A stretch of DNA of 64,000 nucleotides from Rhizaria sp. SCN 62-66 (Eukaryota), in NCBI GenBank assembly GCA_001724265.1, contig MEDY01000132.1, positions 1 through 64,000 of the forward strand. The letters run 5' to 3'. The notes beneath the pieces were generated by a model that was not told the DNA's origin, searched no databases, and saw only the letters and a list, made by a program, of their open reading frames with translations. The position numbers and the translations under genes were made by a program. Each line of letters begins with the position of its first letter. Position 1 is the first letter of the stretch. Positions 1 to 10,794 of this stretch are shown in pieces.

Positions 1-462
1 GCCACCTTTATATACCCGCCCCGAAACGACCGTGGGTGGTGTTTGTCCCAGTGTGAGCCTATGAGACTTGGTATTTTATGCAGAATGTCGGTTGTGACAA
101 TTGTTTGGTGCATTAGAGCCCAGTCACTTGAGTTCTTGTCGGTTCAGCACCCATCTCTACTGCAAATGCATTTCTTGGTTTCTTCTCCTTACCGGCCGTT
201 TCGTCTCACACTCCCGGAATTTTTGATCAAGCATACTGACGTATTCAAATCGTCAGAACATAACATCGATCGATTTCCTTATGTTCTGATATGCAATTTA
301 ACTTATTCTGTTATAGTGACTTACAAATATATTATTGTGTCTCTATCCCGCGTACTTTGCTCTAGTCCATCGAAACCCCAGCCCTCTCTCTCCCTTCGCC
401 TGCTCTGGCCGCTCGCTTCCACCCCACCTTTTTTCCGGCACCCTCCGTACCCGCAACACACG

Positions 463-3033
463 ATGGAAGCCGAGACGGGGCGTACATTCGCCGCCACGCT
501 TCGCTCCACCACCACGATCCCCGCCCTCACAGCCCGCGCCGCGCCGGCCTTGCCCCGCGAAGCCCAGCTTGCCAAGACGACCTCGCTTAACACTCCCATG
601 TTCGCCAGCCACAGCGCTGGCGCCACGCACATGCTCTCCGCGCCTGTTGTTGCTGCGGCGGTGTCGGGCCCGATGCCGGTGCTGAAGCGGCGCGGGAATA
701 TGGGCCGCACCAACCGGTTCACCGACCGTGCCCACTACACGGGACCAGTCACCAACACCACCGCGAACAAAGACGGCCTGGGCGCAAGTACCGGGTTCAA
801 CGCGACTGCGACCGGCCCCGCTGGGTACTACGCTAGCACGGCCGCTGCTTTGTCTCCGTTTGACAACCCTGTGCGTCACACTGGACCCAACGTGCACGCC
901 CATAGTCAGACCTGCAGCGACCGCAATTTCAGTCAGAGCCAGAGCCAGAGCGAGAGCCAGAGCGGCAAAACGAATGCGAACGGCACCGCAAGCGCTCGTG
1001 CGACTGTGAGCAGCGCGGGCGCGAGCGGCGACAGTGACGACTCGCTGCTGCACGCTGCCGTGACCGCCGCTGCCGCAACCGCGACCGCTACTGCAAATTC
1101 CTGCGGCTCTATGGCGGATGCCAAGGGACCGCGGACGCTGCGCCGGATCACCCAGCTGCCGTGGTCCCGCCGCGACCAGCGCCCCGCGTCGCACCTGCAC
1201 TCGCACTACGAAAACAACAACAACAATAGCAACAATAGCAATAACACCGCTCTGAGTAGTAGCTCGTCTTCTGTTGAGAGCCGATACTCAGCCGGTGATC
1301 AGGCAGCTGTGCGCACTGCTCTCGCTGCGCTGTCAAACGACGTCGGCTCGCTTAACACGCGCCACTGGTTCCGTTCGCTGAGTCAAGCCGCGTCGGCCGC
1401 CGCGGACCCCCACAACCAAAGTCAAGCCGCGGCTAATGTTAACGTGAACCCTGGCGGCCAGACGAGCACGTCGCTGCGTCCGAGTGAACTCACTGCCGCT
1501 GTCAAGGCGTGTGGTGTGGAGCTAACCGAGACGCAGAGCAAGCTCTTGCTAGAGATGTTCTTCGGCGGCCGCAAGTCGCACTCTACGAACAATAGCAGCA
1601 AAGCGACGAACAGTAACAGCAAATCCGACACTAACGCTGACGCTTCCACTGCTGCCGCTGCTGCTGCTGATGACAACAGCGCCGTTTCAGGTGACGACAT
1701 CGACTCGACCGTGCGCCCGATCGACTTCCTGCACCTGATTTCGCGCCTCAAAACCGACCGCACCGGCCTGCCCCCCGAGGCCGAGACGTACCCCGCCCGT
1801 ATGCGGCCCTTCCGCGACGCCGCGCTCGTCTCGCGTCCCGCGTGGCCGCGCTTCAGCGCCGAGTCCGCGCTAGATCTCTTGCGCGGACACATGGCGCCGC
1901 GGCGCGCACGGGCCGCGCTGCGGGCGCTGGGCGTCGGCGACCGCGCATCGCCCGGGGACTGGGTGACTGCGGTCAAGGAGCTCAACATTGCGCTTGCAAG
2001 CGAGGAGGAAGAAGCCCGGTTCAAGAGCATGATTGACCCGCAAAACACCGGGAAAGTTGAGTTCACGACGGTGTTTCCGAACGCTTCACCGAGAATCAGC
2101 TCCGGCGACGCGTCATCGGCGAAACTGGACGCTGCGTTTGACGGCAATAATAGTGCTGGCACCGGCGGCGCGTGTGTGCTGGGCGAGGTTGGCGCTTTAC
2201 CACGCAAGCGCCCCGCTGCTGCGCTCTATAACAACGCTAACAGCACTGGCAATAGTCACGCTAATAGCGCCAAGAGTGTGTATACGACGAGTGCGAGTGT
2301 TGTCGGCAGCTCTGCCAGTCACGAAAGCAGTAGCACCAGCAATAGCTTCACCGCTGATGTCCAGGTGAATCAGCTGCCCAACACGCACCTGACCTCGTCA
2401 CAGCAGCACGTGATCCCGCATTTGCTCCAGCGCAACGCCGTGCTGATGTACTCCGGCGAGAACGGAACACGTGGGGTGCCCACGGTCACCTCCGAGTACC
2501 ACACTCGCATCGGCACGAGTTCCCCCCTCAGCGCCCCGGCTCCTCACTATGAACGCACGACGCGTTTCGGTCGCACTGCAGCGGCCCGTGGCGGCAACAC
2601 TGCGCGCACGATCGTGCCGATGCTCGCCCACCCAGAGCGCAAGTGGGCCTGTGCCGAGCCCAGTGTCTCTACCGCTGCGTCTTCGGCTGCATCTGCAACT
2701 GCGACCGCTTCTGCGCCAGCGACTGTGGCGGATGGTCAGTGCTTTGACTCACATTGGAGCCGTGGCGGCGGCGACGGCGCGGCGCGCTTTGAGCCCCGCG
2801 AGAGCGCCATCCGCGGTCTCCAGCAGGCCGACGCCGCCCGCGCCCGCGCCACGCGCGATGCCAAGGCCGAGTTGCGGGCCACGCACGTCGCCGATACGGA
2901 GCGGCGCGCGGGCGAGGCCGGGGCGGAGCGCGCGCAAAGGGAAGAGGAACGCAGGCTGGGGCTTATTGGCGCCAGGACGAGGTATTATGAGAGTCTTACG
3001 GCGAACAGCTCTCATGCGGCCACGCTCGGTTGA
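463..3033 (+). CDS. Low-complexity protein with degenerate EF-hand-like helix-loop-helix pairs (~856 aa, single exon)
   Basis: GC-rich coding composition starts at ATG 463 (MEAETG), stop TGA 3031-3033. EF-hand-like segments SLRPSELTAAVKACGVELTETQSKLLLEMF...IDFLHLISRL and DWVTAVKELNIALASEEEEARFKSMIDPQNTGKVEFTTVF; C-terminal coiled coil. The 43-462 extension in the ORF track looks non-coding. Confidence 0.6.
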   Translation: MEAETGRTFAATLRSTTTIPALTARAAPALPREAQLAKTTSLNTPMFASHSAGATHMLSAPVVAAAVSGPMPVLKRRGNMGRTNRFTDRAHYTGPVTNTTANKDGLGASTGFNATATGPAGYYASTAAALSPFDNPVRHTGPNVHAHSQTCSDRNFSQSQSQSESQSGKTNANGTASARATVSSAGASGDSDDSLLHAAVTAAAATATATANSCGSMADAKGPRTLRRITQLPWSRRDQRPASHLHSHYENNNNNSNNSNNTALSSSSSSVESRYSAGDQAAVRTALAALSNDVGSLNTRHWFRSLSQAASAAADPHNQSQAAANVNVNPGGQTSTSLRPSELTAAVKACGVELTETQSKLLLEMFFGGRKSHSTNNSSKATNSNSKSDTNADASTAAAAAADDNSAVSGDDIDSTVRPIDFLHLISRLKTDRTGLPPEAETYPARMRPFRDAALVSRPAWPRFSAESALDLLRGHMAPRRARAALRALGVGDRASPGDWVTAVKELNIALASEEEEARFKSMIDPQNTGKVEFTTVFPNASPRISSGDASSAKLDAAFDGNNSAGTGGACVLGEVGALPRKRPAAALYNNANSTGNSHANSAKSVYTTSASVVGSSASHESSSTSNSFTADVQVNQLPNTHLTSSQQHVIPHLLQRNAVLMYSGENGTRGVPTVTSEYHTRIGTSSPLSAPAPHYERTTRFGRTAAARGGNTARTIVPMLAHPERKWACAEPSVSTAASSAASATATASAPATVADGQCFDSHWSRGGGDGAARFEPRESAIRGLQQADAARARATRDAKAELRATHVADTERRAGEAGAERAQREEERRLGLIGARTRYYESLTANSSHAATLG

Positions 3034-4253
3034 GTGGCCGGCAGCGAGAAACAAGATTAGAGCTCTCACTCTACAATGACAGATCTTGCATCTTATTGTT
3101 GTTTTTAAGAACACTTTATCTCTTTTTTATTTTTTTATTTCATGTGTGTGTGTTCGCTTTCACTGTCATTTGGCCGCACTGTGGCGACAGTAAGGGCCAT
3201 GTACTCGTGATTACAATTCGCAATGTTTGTATACGAAACAGGTTCTCATGCGTCAGCTGCACATGACAGACAACAAGTATTTCATAATACATTTGTACGT
3301 ACGTATATGTATATTGAAAATCAATCATGCATCGTTGATACTAAAATCATCACTACCTATCGCACGAGTGACAGTGTCCACGCGATTGGATGTGCCAGAT
3401 CCACCATGACCAGTTCCGAAAAACCCAGCAGTGCACAGATTATGAAGAGGCCTTAGACGTCTACAAAGACGAAAGGATGTCAGTAGACATCGTTCACATT
3501 GATAACACTCCACACCAACGGCAAAAACGAGACAAACACAGCAATACGGACTTCAGCGACAACAAAACTGACAAAACGTAACAACCAGCCATACTCTCAC
3601 CTGTGATGACTTGATCACCAGCCAGGTCACGCACGTGTGATACTCTTGAGTATTTTCTTTTTTGTTTGTTTTTTGTTTTCATTTTTTTATGTCTACCCAA
3701 TACCGATTCAATATATGAATAGGTGCTTATAATTACATGTACATAATGTATATTCCTACATATTAGCATACACCGCCACAGCCACCCGTTGGTTTGTATA
3801 GTTAACTTCAATTAATACAGCGCTCATGATTGAGAAACAAGACTTGTTATATAGCGTGCTAGAGCAACTTTGATGTGCATCTCGCAGTATATGTCGCAAC
3901 TTAGCGGTGTTTTGTTGTGTTCAAGTTGCACTGTGCTCACAGTCACTGCCAGCCAAGCTTTGCTGCGTGCTCGTTGCTGGTAAGGAACAGCTTCAAGTGA
4001 AAGCGTGTGCTCGCATCATGGATACCCGCTACTAGAACTTGAAACAAAAATATTCCACCATTTCAACGTGTATCTGTTATGGATATTAAATTATATTTTC
4101 ACTCACGCGAAACGGTGATGTGACTTTCGACATGTTGAAAACAACGATGATCCCACTCTTGTCACTCGCCACAACAAACCCATTCTGAACTGAGCACCGC
4201 TCTGATATCTCACAATCGCGCTCTGACCATAATGTAACTCTGTTACACAGCTC

Positions 4254-7200
4254 ATGTCCCAACAGGAGACGCGCCGCGCGACGCCGAAAACGGCGCCCGC
4301 GGCCCCCAGCAAGGCAACGCCAGCACCCACCCAGCCTCCGTCCGGCCGCAGCGGCCACGGTCCCGAGCAAGACGACGGTAAGGAAGACCACCGCCGCCAC
4401 CACTCGCCCACGACCGACGTCCCCAAGACCGCGACGGGCCGCGCGACGGAGATCTCGCTCCCGGCCTGCGCGGCCAAGGGCATTCCCGCGGCGGCCGCGG
4501 CGCTGACTCATGATATCCGCCGCACCCCGGACCACTTCTCGAAGCAGCTTGCAAGCGGCCGCAAGGCGCTCAAAAGCGTCAAGCGCAGCAGCCGCGACGA
4601 GGACCGCTGCCGTGACGCGCGTCGCGCCTGTTTTGCTAAGCACGCACGCTACCGGTACGTATATGCGATCGCATTTGTTGAAGTGAAAAGCGATCTGGAG
4701 CGACTTGAAGAAACTTGAACGTGAATGGATATTCACAATAATCAACTTGAAACAGCGTTGACTAGTCGAAGAACCGGATCAAAATGTCTAATCTTTCTTT
4801 ATCGTAATGTTTCACCTTAATTTTAGTCTGCCTGAGACGTCTGAAGTGCTTTTCCGCCGCGGCGCTGACATCCGCCACTGCCCTCGCACTTTCCTCGCCG
4901 CCATCGAGCGCGGCCGCTCCTCTCTGCACAAGTCCCCGCTGTCATCGCTCATGAGCTTCCGCGCCAGCGCTAACCCCAACGCACCGACGTGGGCCGTCCG
5001 CCCTCTTCTCTCGCGTGCGAGTGCAATCTACCCCTCGGCGCTGTCGCTGCTGCCGCCCGCCGAGCGCGCCGCGCTGCGACTGAGGCTCACGCCGCTGGGA
5101 CTCGCACCATGGTTCTCGTCCTACCCGTTTCCCGCTATTGCCGTCACCAAGGGCGGTGCGGGCGGAAAGGCGGGCTCCGCCGCGCGCGTCGAGAAGCTAG
5201 CTCAGGCCGCAGCTGACATCGAGCAAGCTGCGGTAGACACGGCACTGGCGCGTCGCAACGCAATCCAGGAGTACTTAACACAAACGCGCAAGGCCAACCC
5301 TTTCCGCACCACGCAAATTGCCGAGGTGAGTAAGGAGTGCCCTGCGGATATCCGCATCAATTCTCCGGCGTTCCTCAAGGACATCAAGGCCGCCAAGTCC
5401 AAGCTGCGCGCAATTCCCACCACCGCGAATACCAGTAACCGCAATAGCCAGGACTTTACTGCCAGCATCATCCCTTTGCCGAGCTACAAGCCCGCCGCTA
5501 TCGCGCACAACCGCGGCCGCTTCAAGACCGACCTGTGGTTTGCCCGCCGCGACCGCGCAATCCAGACGCTGCGTTGCAACCCCGCCGACCTGCGGCTTAA
5601 CTTAAAGAGCTTTACGACCGCGATTAGCAAGGGCGGCAAGTCGCTCAAGAGCGTCAACGGATCCGTGCTCGACCGGCTTAAGCGTGTCTTCAGCTCCAAG
5701 GAGAAGGAAGCACCCCCGCCTAAGACTACAGCAACGGCAGCGGCGGCGGCGGCTGCGGCGGCGGTGAGCGAGCAGCGCGTGCACTTGCCGTGGCCTATCG
5801 CGGCCTCGCGCTCAAACTTCTGCTACCGCATGCGCCACAGCCACGGCCACGGCGACAAGGACAAGGGCAAGTCCAAGCAAGAGAAGCAGCCGGAGAAGCA
5901 GAACATCGAGCGCGGTCTCGGTGCGCTGCAACTGGGCGCTAACACAAACAATAGCGGCGGCAGTGGCGGGGATAAGAGTAAGAGCAACAAGAAGCACGTC
6001 ACCCGGTAGAGTGATTTGCCCCCCAGTACTTACACCAACAACACTTACACCAATATCAACGCTACCTCCGCTCGCAGCAGCACTGCAACGACTAAGCACC
6101 ACCCGGGCACTTACACGGGCCCAGGTACTTACATGGGTGAGGGCGGGAGCAGCGGCGAAGACTACGACGAGCAGGAGCAGGAGGACGGCGTCCATCCGAC
6201 CGCGCTGGCGGCGACGGCAGCGAGCACGCAGAGTATGCGGCCGGGCGCAAAGCAGCCCAGTGCGGCGACTGCGAGTGCACCTAGTACCCTAAAGCTCGTT
6301 TCGCTGCCGTTGCCACCGCCGTCCCCAGTCGCTGCTTCTGGCAAGACACAGCTACAGCCTCAGCCCCAGTCTCAGCAACAGCAGCAACAGGTGCAGTCGC
6401 AGACTTCGCAGCAGCAACAACAGCAACAGCAGATGCTTCCGCACATCGGTCTGACCGACTGGCAGCAAAGGCGTCTTGACGTCGCAATGCACCCCGGTTC
6501 CGCGCACGTCCACATTGCAGATCGCGCCAACGCCGACGCTATGCTCGCAAGCGGGCGGGGCCGAGGCAAGGCCGCAGCCATCCCGGCAACAGCCGCCGCA
6601 GCCCTCACGGCCACTGCCACTGCCGCTGCCACTGCTGTCGCTGCGACTGCGGCGAGTGCTGCTGTACCTGATGCGCTCCGCAACGTGCCGCCGCGCAATG
6701 TCCTCTCGCCAGACACCACTCTGGCTGACCGTTACGACACCTCCGTCTTCCCTCCTGACGCGCCCTTGGTCGCACTGTGGGTGCCGCGGGTCCTCGATTC
6801 CAGGCCCTTTGACGCGCGCTGGCGGCCTCACGAGTTTGCGCGCGGAATCCAAGCCGCGCGGCTTAACTTGGCGCACGTGCGGCGCAGAGACCGTGGGCTG
6901 GAGAGGTGGGAGGCCGCGCAGAGCGAGCGCTGGAGGGAAATCGAGAAATACGGAGACGTGCACACGAAGAGCAGGCTGCTCCGGCTTGGTTCTGCTGAAT
7001 TAGCGAAGGCGCAGAAGGAGGAGCAGGCAGCAGCCGAGGCCGCGACTGGCAGTGCGGGTACGAAAGCTAAATTCGGCGACATCGGCAGTGACAGTGACAC
7101 TCTGAGCGGCCCAACCAAGCATACGCCTGCTGCTCCTGCTGCTCTTGCGAAGACGCCCGCTGGCTCCGGTGCGACCGCGAATGCGCCAGCTCTTGCGGCC

Positions 7201-10083
7201 GCAGGTGCTCTTGCAGCTGCTAGCAGCCTCGCCGCAACTGGCATCGGCACTGGCGCTGGCGCTGGCTCTACTGCTCCCGCTCGGGACTCGAGTGTAAGTA
7301 CTGGGGAGGCGTCATCTCAGGGTACGCCGTATAGGTTCGACCCACGTATAACGGACCTCGCCGCCTTCGAGCGCGGCTTAACTTCCGTCAAGAAGACCCT
7401 GCACCAAGTCGACAGCAGCAGCGGCGCTGACGACGCCCAGGGTAAGGTTAAGGCTGGGGGTGGCGTTAAGGTTGAGCATGGTGGCGACGATCCGGACAAT
7501 ATCTACCACCACCCTGAGCGGCTGCAACCGCGGTCGGATATCGACCATCTGCGCAGTCACGGCACGCACCTGGGGCCGCACTACCTCATCACCACGCCCA
7601 CGGCGCACGCTGCCACCGCCGCTCTCACTCCCGCAGCCGCGACGCTGCCGTCGCGCCATAGTGATGAGGCGGGGCGGCGCGCTGGTGCCCACGACAGCGC
7701 TAGCGGCAGCAACTTCTGGCGTGCGCAGTATACAGCGGCTGCCATGGCGGCCGCGGCAACCGCAACGCGCGCTATCGCGTATACAGCGCGTCAGCGGCTC
7801 GGCCTGTCGTTCGTACAGGCGCAGCAGCCGCAGAGCATGCGCCACGGCGCCGCTGGTGTTAGTACCCCCTTAGGCGGCGTAAGTACCCCCTTAGGTGGTG
7901 TAAGTACCCCATCAGCCGTGAGTCTGGGCCGCGGCGGCATGAGCGCGCCCGCATTGCGCGAGGCGCTGCGCGAGCAGCGCCAGGAGTACGAGCGGCAGCA
8001 TAGCAAGCCGTTTGTCCCTCGCAGCGCGAGCAAGGCGGGTGAGCCACAGGACGGCGCAGCGACGGCCGGTCCGCCTAGCGCCGTTCGCGGTCAGTCTGAG
8101 TCGCAGTCGATAGCGCAGCTGCAGGCGGAGTCCAAGTCAAAGCAGGCGCAGCCACCGTCGCAGTCGACTGCTGAGCTCGCAAGCGCCCAGAGTCACAGTG
8201 CAGCGCACCACGCGGTGCAGAAGTACCGCCGCGACATCGGCCTGCCGACGACCAACCCGCCCCATAGTAGCAAGGCGGAGGGCCTTCACGTCGCTGCTGC
8301 TGACCGCACCGCCGCCACAGAGCCTGACTACCGCAAGGGATGCTATTTACGAAAGTTTTTCGATAGCAACGAGCTCGTCGGCGCTCTCAAGTACCAGCGC
8401 ACGCGTCTGCGGCACAACAAGACCCGCCCCAGCATCCACTGCGGGTACGTGCTCGGCCGTGTGTGCCGCACACTAGAGGCGCCGGTGTACGCGAGCGCGA
8501 CGAGCGGCCAAGCGCCGGGGCTGCGAAGGGGCGGCAGTCTTAGGGGCGCGGGCTCGGTCGGAAGTCAAGCCGCCACGGGTACCGAGCACGCGGGTACCAC
8601 TGACAGCAGCAGTGGCAACGGTGGTGCGGCTAGCGGCGCGGTGACTGGTTCCCGCGCAATCATCGGCGGCTACCGAGGCGGCAATTACACTAGCGGCAGC
8701 ATTGACAGGCCGCCGTCTGTGACCCGCAAGACCAGCGTCGGTGTCTATGCGACCAACGACACTCATGCGCGCACTTTCAGCGTCCCGAGTCACCCTACCG
8801 CAGCAGCAACAACAACAGCAGCAAACACTGGCGCTGGCGCTGGTGCTGGCCACGCTGGCGCGGGCGCGAGCGCAGGTGACAGCACTGATAGTGGTGCAAG
8901 CGCCGCGTCGGTCGGCGTTCTGCCGGTCACAGTCGCCATGGCGCGCGAGAACGCAAAGCAAGCGTCGCACGCCAGCGCGAGCGGCACGGGCACTGCAGCC
9001 AGCACGGCCGCTGCCAAGGCTGCCGATACGCGCGCTAGTTCCGGTGAAGGGCTTGTGACTGTGCGCGGGGGCTCGAAGCACAGTCCAAGACTTGACGCCA
9101 CGCCGGTGACGTTCGAGCAAGCTGAGGACGACGCGCGACGCCGCTTTTTCGCACACGAGCTCGAGGGCCTCAGCGACGAAGATGGCGCTGCGCCGAGTGC
9201 CGCTGCGCTCGCGAGCAAGGCGCAGACTGTGACCGGATCCAGCGCAGATAAGGCGATGGTGTCGGCGGCGGCGACAACTGCGGCGAGTGCGGCGGGCGCT
9301 AAGACAGCGTCCAAGAACGTAGCGCAAGTGCTAGGCGCGAAGATGTGGGAAGCGCCCACCGTCTCGTCACTGAACAAGACCAAGGCCGCCGCTGGCACGA
9401 CTGCAACCGCTGTCAACATCACACCGACCAGCGCCGGCGGTACTCACACGGCCTCCCCTGCCGCCGCTGCAGCATCTAACCTTAAAAAGCAACAAGGTAA
9501 GGGCAAGAAGCAGCAGCAACACACGCAGGCACAGGCGCAGACGCAATCTCAGGCACAGACGCAGGCGCAGGCTCAGTTGCAGGCGCAGCAAGAGCGGCAG
9601 CGCAAGCAGGAGAGCGACGCTGCGACCGCCGCGTTGCTGCAGCAGGCCAAGGAGCGCGCGTTAACTCAAGAGCGCGAAGAGCAACTGCAGCGCGACCGCG
9701 ACCGCGAGCTCAGTCTGTCCTCCGAGCGCCGCCGCATCAGTCAAGAGCGTGACCGTGAGCAGCAGCAACAGCAGCGTCAGCGCGACCGTGAGCGCGACCG
9801 TGAGCAGGGCGACCGTGAGCGCAGCCGAGGCAGTGTGTCGCGTGACCGTGAGCAGCGCATGTCCATGGCACACATGATCTCTGCATTGGCCAGCGCGCCG
9901 GGCGCCAGCCACGCTCTCGGTGGCCGCAGCAACAACGCCAGCGGTGACCGCGACCGCGATCGTGACCGTGAGAGTGACAGTGAGCAAGCTGTTCCTGGTC
10001 GTGGCGGCGGCGGCGGCAGCAGCGGCGGTGGCGGTGGCAAGGCAAGGGGCAAGGGGAAGGGTAAGGGACACAAGCGCCGGTAA
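4254..10083 (+). CDS. Multi-WH2-like repeat protein (~1885 aa if read through TAG 6007-6009); exons 4254-4654, 4827-10083
   Basis: Intron 4655-4826 (GTACGT...TTTTAG) joins ORF 4254 in frame to ORF 4807. ORF 4807-6009 and ORF 6016-10083 share a frame and are separated only by TAG. About 7 helix+L[KRH]x[VI] repeats lie on both sides of the TAG. RD/RE-rich coiled C-terminus; stop TAA. Confidence 0.65.
7855..7910 (+). repeat. 21-bp tandem repeat (~2.7 copies) encoding GVSTPLG
   Basis: GGTGTTAGTACCCCCTTAGGC GGCGTAAGTACCCCCTTAGGT GGTGTAAGTACCCC. Confidence 0.9.
9691..9972 (+). repeat. Degenerate CGYGAC/CGTGAG hexamer repeats encoding RD/RE dipeptide tracts
   Basis: Repeated cgcgaccgtgagc units; translation RDRDRE...RDRERDRE...RDRDRDRE. 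Confidence 0.7.
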
Positions 10084-10794
10084 GTACTTAAGTTTAGCGT
10101 CATCCTGTGTCTTTGCACAGTCTTGCTTGGTCATGTTGTTGTCTACAGGAAAGAATATGTGTGTATTTTCACTGACACAAACAATTATAGAAAGTGATGG
10201 ACAGAAAAAAGAACAGCATTGTTTGAGAATTTACCCAATCAAACATCGTAAGTACCCAGTGTGCACTTCGCACATCCATTGTTACATTGAGAACAAGAGC
10301 AGTCCACGAAAAAAACAAACAAAATGAAAAGAGTAACGTAAAACAAATAGCAAAGTCGCAAAAACAAAAGAGAGAAGTCGAGCGTATCAAGTGATGGATG
10401 AAGAGGTTATGATTCATGACCATGCGAAAGTTGCGGGCGCTAAGTAACGTAACGGCCCGTAACTCTGGTTACACATGCACTCGAGCTAGTGCAACGTAAT
10501 GAGGCAGAATTCAAAAGATGACAGAGGAGTACGCCCATCGAGTTGGTTAAAAAAAAAGAAGACATACGAATACAAAACAAAGCAAGAACAAACAGAAAAT
10601 GCACCACTGATTTTGAATAGTCTCGACGTGAATCAATCTATAAAGTCACATTGATGAACTGCGTTACGCATCACTCAAGCACAGGAAACAAACACAAAAC
10701 ACCGTAGATTTAGTATCGAGCAGCATTTACAAACGCCTTCAGTTAGCGAGCATCAACGCACTGGACTGACACGTATTGCTGAATATAGCAGTGT

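Noticed and set aside
43-462. N-terminal extension of the 996-aa ORF
   Set aside because: Non-ATG start and AT/pyrimidine-rich UTR-like composition; coding-like sequence begins at ATG 463.
6006-6026. 21-nt GT-AG micro-intron removing the TAG
   Set aside because: Donor GTAGAG breaks the 18/18 GTNYG consensus and all other introns are at least 116 nt. Disfavoured, not excluded.
7855-7910. CRISPR-like or telomeric interpretation of the repeats and dispersed motifs
   Set aside because: No repeat-spacer periodicity, no cas genes and no tandem TTAGGG-type array; the context is eukaryotic exons.
10080-10085. GTAAGT overlapping the stop codon as a possible donor extending the gene
   Set aside because: Not the local donor type and no coding-like exon follows before the convergent gene.
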